Source: Planctomycetota bacterium (lineage in GTDB: Bacteria > Planctomycetota > B143-G9). From it: 64,000 nucleotides of DNA. The notes under the pieces are model-generated. The model searched no databases, was not told the DNA's origin, and saw only the letters and a program-made list of their open reading frames with translations. Below, piece after piece: positions 59,836-64,000 of the stretch. Within the stretch, counting starts at the first letter, position 1. Every line of letters begins with the position of its first letter. Location: positions 3,927-67,926 of the forward strand of contig JAXHMW010000016.1 in the NCBI GenBank assembly GCA_034521065.1. The letters are read 5' to 3'. Both the position numbers and the translations under genes were made by a program.

Positions 59836-61027
59836 TCCTCTGTGCCGTCCATGATTTGTACGAACTGGTCGATGAGAGCTTTCGAGGGTGAACTGCCGCC
59901 TTTTCGATGAGCGTAGAACTTCTCGAAAAGCTCTTCTGAGGTAAGGGTGTGGCGCATTTCAGGGGGTGATTCGGCGCTGGAATCGGTCGCAGAAAGCTGT
60001 ATCAGCTTCACAATGCCTTGGTGCAGTTGCGACAGTGCCCTGCGGCCCGTCTGCTCGAGCGGCCCTTCGAACTCGATCTGCAATAGCAGGTGGCTGTTCT
60101 CCTGTTTCGTAATTCCTTCTCAAGCTCCTCGAGCGAGTAAAAGCGCCAGAGTAGCGGAGGATGAGGATCTGAAACGTCTTCAAAAGTGGTCTCGTAGCTT
60201 TCGAGGTCGTACACGATAAACCCGTGCGCATTTGCTTGTGCGCCTGGCTTGGAGAAGTCCAGCGCAAGAGGGGACCCCGAGTAGTAGGCGTTTTCCCGTT
60301 TGGCGAGTCTCTGGCGCCTGTGAAAGTGACCGGCGGCTATGTAACTCAGCCGGTCAGGCAGATGCGCAATGTTGATGGCGTAGGTCCCGCCGATGGAGAT
60401 ATCCCGTTCCGTCTTGTCCATTCGTGCTTCCCAGAAGTACTGGTGGGTGACAAGTACGAGCGGAACGTCCGTTGGCGCGGCATCCGAGCGCTCCTTGACG
60501 AGCGAGGCGAAGAGTTTTGAGAACTGAGCGCTTTCGGCGGCTTCGCTGTCGAGAGAGGGCAGGGCGATGCGCAGGCGGCTTTCGTTGACGAATGGCATCG
60601 GGATAAGCGCGCATTTGCCGAACGAGTTGGATATGTTCAGTACTCCGTTGGCAAAGGTGGCCTCGAAGGGGGCGTTCGAAAAGTCCCGATCCATCTCGGA
60701 GGGGTCGGAGAAGACGAAAACTCCTCTGTCCTGAAGAAGACTGGCGGCCGCGGCGAGTTTTGCCGGAGAATCATGGTTGCCTGCCGTCACCACTACCGCA
60801 CGGTCGTTGTCAGCAGTGAGCGAGCGGAGAAGGTCGTAGTACATTCTCTCGGCTGCATGCGGGGGATTGACTGTGTCGAATATGTCGCCCGCGAGCACGA
60901 CGAGCCCGCAGCGGTGAGCTTCGGCTTTTTCGATAATGGTATCGCAGACCGCCCTGTGAGCCTCGTCGCGGTTGACCGTAAGGAGGTCTCTCCCGAGGTG
61001 CAGGTCCGAGGCGTGAAGGAGCTTCAT
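59832..61027 (-). CDS. sbcD: SbcD (Mre11-like) nuclease subunit (1 frame break)
   Basis: MKLLHASDLHLG, LVVLAGDIFD, TAGNHDS and AAGHFH phosphoesterase motifs are present. The break is at the A-run 60105-60107 (ORF-track pieces 60008-61033 and 59832-60083). The stop overlaps the sbcC ATG. Confidence 0.9.
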
Positions 61028-61029
61028 GG

Positions 61030-61764
61030 TCACTTACCGGATGCGAGTCTTTTTGCGAGGAAGGGGTCGAGAATGTTGGTTGCGAGAATCTTTTTCTGGG
61101 TCTTCTGATAGTTGTAGGGAACCCTTATCCACTCTACAACGTCGTCATCCAGAATGGCGTAACATGCCCTCTTGTCTCCGTCCCTCGGTTGGCCTACCGA
61201 GCCTACGTTGATTACGGCTTTCTTCTTTCCGAGGCGATAGTAATAGTCGATCTCGTCGGGATAGTAGAACTCACCGTTGGGAATCAATACTCCGGGGTGG
61301 TGAGTGTGCCCGCAGAAGCAAACCCAGTCGAGCGCGCCGAATATGTCGTAGACCTTGTCCATGTCGTAACCGAGGTCGGGAAACACGTAATCACGCGTGT
61401 GCTCGAGGGGAGAACCATGACAGAAAAGCATGCCTTCTTCCTCGTGGTACTCGACGAAGTTCTTCTTGATGTGTTCGACGAAGTCCCTGTCCTTCTCCAG
61501 TTCCTCTTTTGTCCACTTGATGGCTACCTTGGCCCTTTTGTTGAAGGTCTCGGAAGAATCGTAGAGGATGGCATCGTCATGGTTTCCGAGGATCATGAAG
61601 GAGAAAATCCGCGAATAGGAAAGGCATTCCTTTGGGTCGGGGCCGTAGCCCACTATGTCTCCGAGAAAGGCGATTCTCTGAACTCCACGGCGAGAGATAT
61701 CTACCATCACCGCATCGAGTGCCTCGAGGTTGGAATGTATGTCGCTGAGAAGGGCGAGCTTCAT
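61030..61764 (-). CDS. calcineurin-like metallophosphoesterase (Metallophos_2 type)
   Basis: MKLALLSDIHSN, FLGDIVGYGPDP, LGNHD, CHGSP and GHTHHPG motifs are present. The stop lies 2 nt before the sbcD ATG. Confidence 0.8.
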   Translation of the reverse strand: MKLALLSDIHSNLEALDAVMVDISRRGVQRIAFLGDIVGYGPDPKECLSYSRIFSFMILGNHDDAILYDSSETFNKRAKVAIKWTKEELEKDRDFVEHIKKNFVEYHEEEGMLFCHGSPLEHTRDYVFPDLGYDMDKVYDIFGALDWVCFCGHTHHPGVLIPNGEFYYPDEIDYYYRLGKKKAVINVGSVGQPRDGDKRACYAILDDDVVEWIRVPYNYQKTQKKILATNILDPFLAKRLASGK

Positions 61765-61823
61765 CGGCAGCTCCCAAGTTGTGTCCCGCTCTACCGGATT
61801 CCGCGAAGGAATTTCTTCTGTCG

Positions 61824-61862
61824 TTTCACCATTCTATTCGAAAGAGAGCAAATTTCACCATT
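61824..61862 (-). promoter_or_regulatory. 10-nt direct repeat pair overlapping a candidate promoter of the phosphoesterase-sbcDC operon
   Basis: The plus-strand 10-mer TTTCACCATT occurs at 61824-61833 and 61853-61862. On the minus strand, GTGAAA (61858-61853), a 16-nt spacer and TAGAAT (61836-61831) are present. Confidence 0.3.
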
Positions 61863-61888
61863 TATTCCCGCAAAACAGCGTTTAACGT

Positions 61889-62446
61889 TCATGTGCGCGG
61901 GCGAACCTTGGACAGATCCCGTTGTAAAGACATTGTCTCGTGGCGATACCTGTCCAGCACCACTCGGGAGAATTCGAACGGGTCTATGTCCATGTCGTCA
62001 AGGCAAGCGACCGGCACAGGGGTTCCATCCCTGCTCACGTTGATGCCGAAGTGAATCAGGCCCGAAACAGGGGACACGGTGGCTATGGAGACAGACAGCT
62101 TGTCTTCCTCCACGAAGATGTCGTTGCCGATTCGTTTCGGCACAACTCCGCTGAGTTCAGTGATGAGTTCCGTGCAAATAGCCGCCAGCGCCCTCTGACG
62201 CATGATAGTGAGAGCGAGCGAGGGGTGCAGAAAATGTTCGCAGATGAAGTGCAGCATGTCATCTGCGGCTATGACCGCCTCGTCCAGCGAGTCCTCGATA
62301 TCAACGAGGTCGGCGGTGTTGACGGAGCATGAACCGCGAAATGAGACGGCACAATCGCCGCGAATGCCGAACTCCTCAAGTATCCAGTGGGGGCGCAGTT
62401 CACGCCCGGAATAGTGAATAGATTGAGTGAGTTGTCTTACTTCCAC
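61889..62446 (-). CDS. DUF366-like protein
   Basis: YSGRELRPHWILEEFGIRGDCAVSFRG...ADLVDIED...DDMLHFICEHF...KLSVSIATVSPVSGLIHFGINVS resembles DUF366 as I remember it. This assignment is not verified. Confidence 0.45.
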   Translation of the reverse strand: MEVRQLTQSIHYSGRELRPHWILEEFGIRGDCAVSFRGSCSVNTADLVDIEDSLDEAVIAADDMLHFICEHFLHPSLALTIMRQRALAAICTELITELSGVVPKRIGNDIFVEEDKLSVSIATVSPVSGLIHFGINVSRDGTPVPVACLDDMDIDPFEFSRVVLDRYRHETMSLQRDLSKVRPRT

Positions 62447-62919
62447 GAAAAAGAATCCCCGAACGGATAAAAAACGCTTCCTGCAGGTTTGCTTTCATGG
62501 GAGCGGGTGCGGATGAAGGAACTCACTACGGGGTATCGGAATGGTTTGCCGGAAAGCTCGCGGGATGCAGCGCTGAAAGAGGTCAGAAGGGCGAAAGTGA
62601 ATCCAACAAGCCAGATAACCAAGACCGTAAGGTTGAAGGCTGTCACAAAAAACGCCTTATCGCTGAATGCAAAGGTGACACCGACTGTAACCAGAAGGCA
62701 CAGAGCGTGAAAAAGATTGAGTGCCGCCTGCCATACGAACGCCTCAACGATGGAAGGACGTCGTTCCGGAGCATGGCGCGAGATGAACTTGTAGCAGACA
62801 GCGGTTACCAGCGGTCCCCAAAGAGGAATGACCGCTGAGATATGAGCAAACCGGATTGCCTGCCGTGTCTTACTGTCCTCGAATAAGTACCTCAACGAGC
62901 CTCCTCGAAATTCAAGCAT
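62437..62919 (-). CDS. small polytopic membrane protein
   Basis: It has three to four predicted TM helices (ISAVIPLWGPLVTAVCY, ALNLFHALCLLVTVGVTFAF, FNLTVLVIWLVGFTFALL). ATG 62919 is preceded by an AAGGGG SD. Confidence 0.5.
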   Translation of the reverse strand: MLEFRGGSLRYLFEDSKTRQAIRFAHISAVIPLWGPLVTAVCYKFISRHAPERRPSIVEAFVWQAALNLFHALCLLVTVGVTFAFSDKAFFVTAFNLTVLVIWLVGFTFALLTSFSAASRELSGKPFRYPVVSSFIRTRSHESKPAGSVFYPFGDSFSWK

Positions 62920-62946
62920 GCAACCGCACAAAGGCAGTCACCCCTT

Positions 62947-62975
62947 ATTATCTCAGATAATTGGCAAGTATTCAA
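62947..62975 (-). promoter_or_regulatory. candidate sigma70-type promoter
   Basis: On the minus strand, TTGAAT (62975-62970), a 17-nt spacer and GATAAT (62952-62947) are present. These are the same hexamers as the purA candidate. Confidence 0.4.
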
Positions 62976-63066
62976 GGTTTCTTTGCGAACCGGGCGCAAT
63001 TCGTGTGAAGAAGTTCCGACTGCGAGTTCGAGGAAGTGATTCACGGGTAAGCGTCCGTGTCTGCAA

Positions 63067-63990
63067 TCAACCGTTTTGCACTTGTGAGCTTTGGTCTTTC
63101 TCGGTTGGAGCGGCCTGCTGTTCGGTATCTTCAGATGTGTCTTGCCGTCCGTCACGAAGGAAATGGTCGGGTTCGCAGGATTTTCTGCGTAGCCATGTGT
63201 AGAGAACCGCGCCCGAGACAAAGACGCCGAATGCAACGAGATGCCAAATCTTGAATGGGCCGAATATCTCAACCGCTTCGTCCGCTCGCGTGAGCTGTAC
63301 GCAGAAACGTATCACCCCATAGGCCACAAGGTAGGTGCCGACCACCTGTCCGGCGAACTTGCGACGTGAGAACAGGTATGCCAGTATCCCGCACAATATG
63401 AAAAGCAGAGACGCCTCCAGCAGTTGCGACGGGAAAACGGGCAGGGATTCAACAGCCGATGGCGGGATTAATCCGGATTCCAACTGGTCGTAATACACCG
63501 CGCTTTCGTCGGAGAATTGCAGGCCGCAGCTTTTGCATGCGAAGCCGTAGCAACATCCATTGAGAAAGCAGCCGATGCGTCCGAAAGCGTGAGCCAGTGC
63601 AAGGCCGGGAACTATAAGGTCACCGACGCTCCACGCCCTGTAGCCCTTGAACCGGAGAAAGAAGTAAACGGTTGGAACTCCCAAAATTAGACCGCCGAAG
63701 AAATCCAGACCACCCGACAGGTAGGCTATGTTGCCTATCGGGTCGCTCATTATGAACTGGAAGTAATCGGCGTTGTGCATAAAGTAGGAGATCTTAGCCC
63801 CGATAAAACCAACTACCACGGCGAGAAAGCCCGCATCGAACACGTGCCCCATCTTGACGGATGTGCCCCGTGCGAGCTTCGAGATAAGAAGATATGCCGA
63901 CAAGAAGCCGACAAGAATCATCAGGCCATAGGAATAGACTGGAAGCTGTCCTCCCCATGGCAGGTCAATTCTGAAAAGTATCGGTAGCAT
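63067..63990 (-). CDS. lgt: prolipoprotein diacylglyceryl transferase
   Basis: VYSYGLMILVGFL, HAFGRIGCFLNGCCYG and the polytopic layout identify Lgt. It has a ~40-aa hydrophilic C-terminal extension. Confidence 0.92.
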   Translation of the reverse strand: MLPILFRIDLPWGGQLPVYSYGLMILVGFLSAYLLISKLARGTSVKMGHVFDAGFLAVVVGFIGAKISYFMHNADYFQFIMSDPIGNIAYLSGGLDFFGGLILGVPTVYFFLRFKGYRAWSVGDLIVPGLALAHAFGRIGCFLNGCCYGFACKSCGLQFSDESAVYYDQLESGLIPPSAVESLPVFPSQLLEASLLFILCGILAYLFSRRKFAGQVVGTYLVAYGVIRFCVQLTRADEAVEIFGPFKIWHLVAFGVFVSGAVLYTWLRRKSCEPDHFLRDGRQDTSEDTEQQAAPTEKDQSSQVQNG

Positions 63991-64000
63991 GGCGGGTTAC

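Noticed and set aside
61771-61780. The 10-mer CTCCCAAGTT shared between the region just upstream of the phosphoesterase ATG and copy 2 of the 53.9-kb element.
   Set aside because: A single 10-mer match in 2 x 64 kb is close to chance expectation. At 61771 it overlaps the SD on the other strand. No flanking similarity is present.

Overview
This is a 64-kb window from a moderately GC-rich diderm bacterium (LptE-like, BamD-like and Lgt are present). It is probably an uncultured lineage assembled from error-prone reads. I can place about 60 protein genes and two tRNAs: tRNA-Ser(UGA) and the initiator tRNA-fMet. Most of the content is housekeeping, arranged in long co-directional blocks:
- Plus strand, 5.3-13.5 kb: thioesterase, two tandem paralogous secreted proteins, an IMPase, ychF, a 901-aa transglutaminase lipoprotein and an SCP2 protein.
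- Plus strand, 19.3-34.1 kb: a dual-FHA membrane protein, rny, ymdB, xseA, xseB, ispA, dxs, nadK, gltX, a PfkB-type kinase and thpR. These are followed by an AT-richer islet holding a decayed DUF2075/SF1-ATPase gene that abuts tRNA-fMet.
- Minus strand, 52.4-34.2 kb: hup, purA, uppS, cdsA, phoH, a PgpH-like HD protein, ybeY, corC-like, recO, bamD-like, lptE-like, ftsH, folP, cdaA, cdaR, pdxJ, dapA, folE and a 2-hydroxyacid dehydrogenase.
- Minus strand, 64.0-55.8 kb: lgt, a membrane protein, a DUF366-like protein, a metallophosphoesterase, sbcD, sbcC and DUF1848.

The lineage-specific content is:
- an LRR protein;
- a roughly 1040-aa secreted repeat/propeller protein, divergent from the FHA protein;
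- two large exported proteins that end in thioredoxin folds without active-site cysteines;
- a duplicated ~100-nt intergenic element.

I saw no CRISPR array, transposase, integrase, toxin-antitoxin pair or known defence operon.

The dominant technical signal is about 30 or more single-nucleotide frame breaks. Many fall in short homopolymers. They cluster at 15.9-21.4, 24.7-33.3 and 56.8-60.1 kb and hit essential genes (gltX, dxs, dapA), so I read them as assembly indels and annotate the affected genes as whole spans.

The best candidates for something new are:
- the translationally coupled metallophosphoesterase-sbcD-sbcC-DUF1848 operon;
- the divergent pair of surface protein and dual-FHA/CBM-like membrane protein;
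- the tandem intergenic element at 53.8-54.0 kb;
- the Cys-less redoxin fusions.

None of these is a clear-cut novel system. All family assignments come from recognising motifs by eye; no database search was run.
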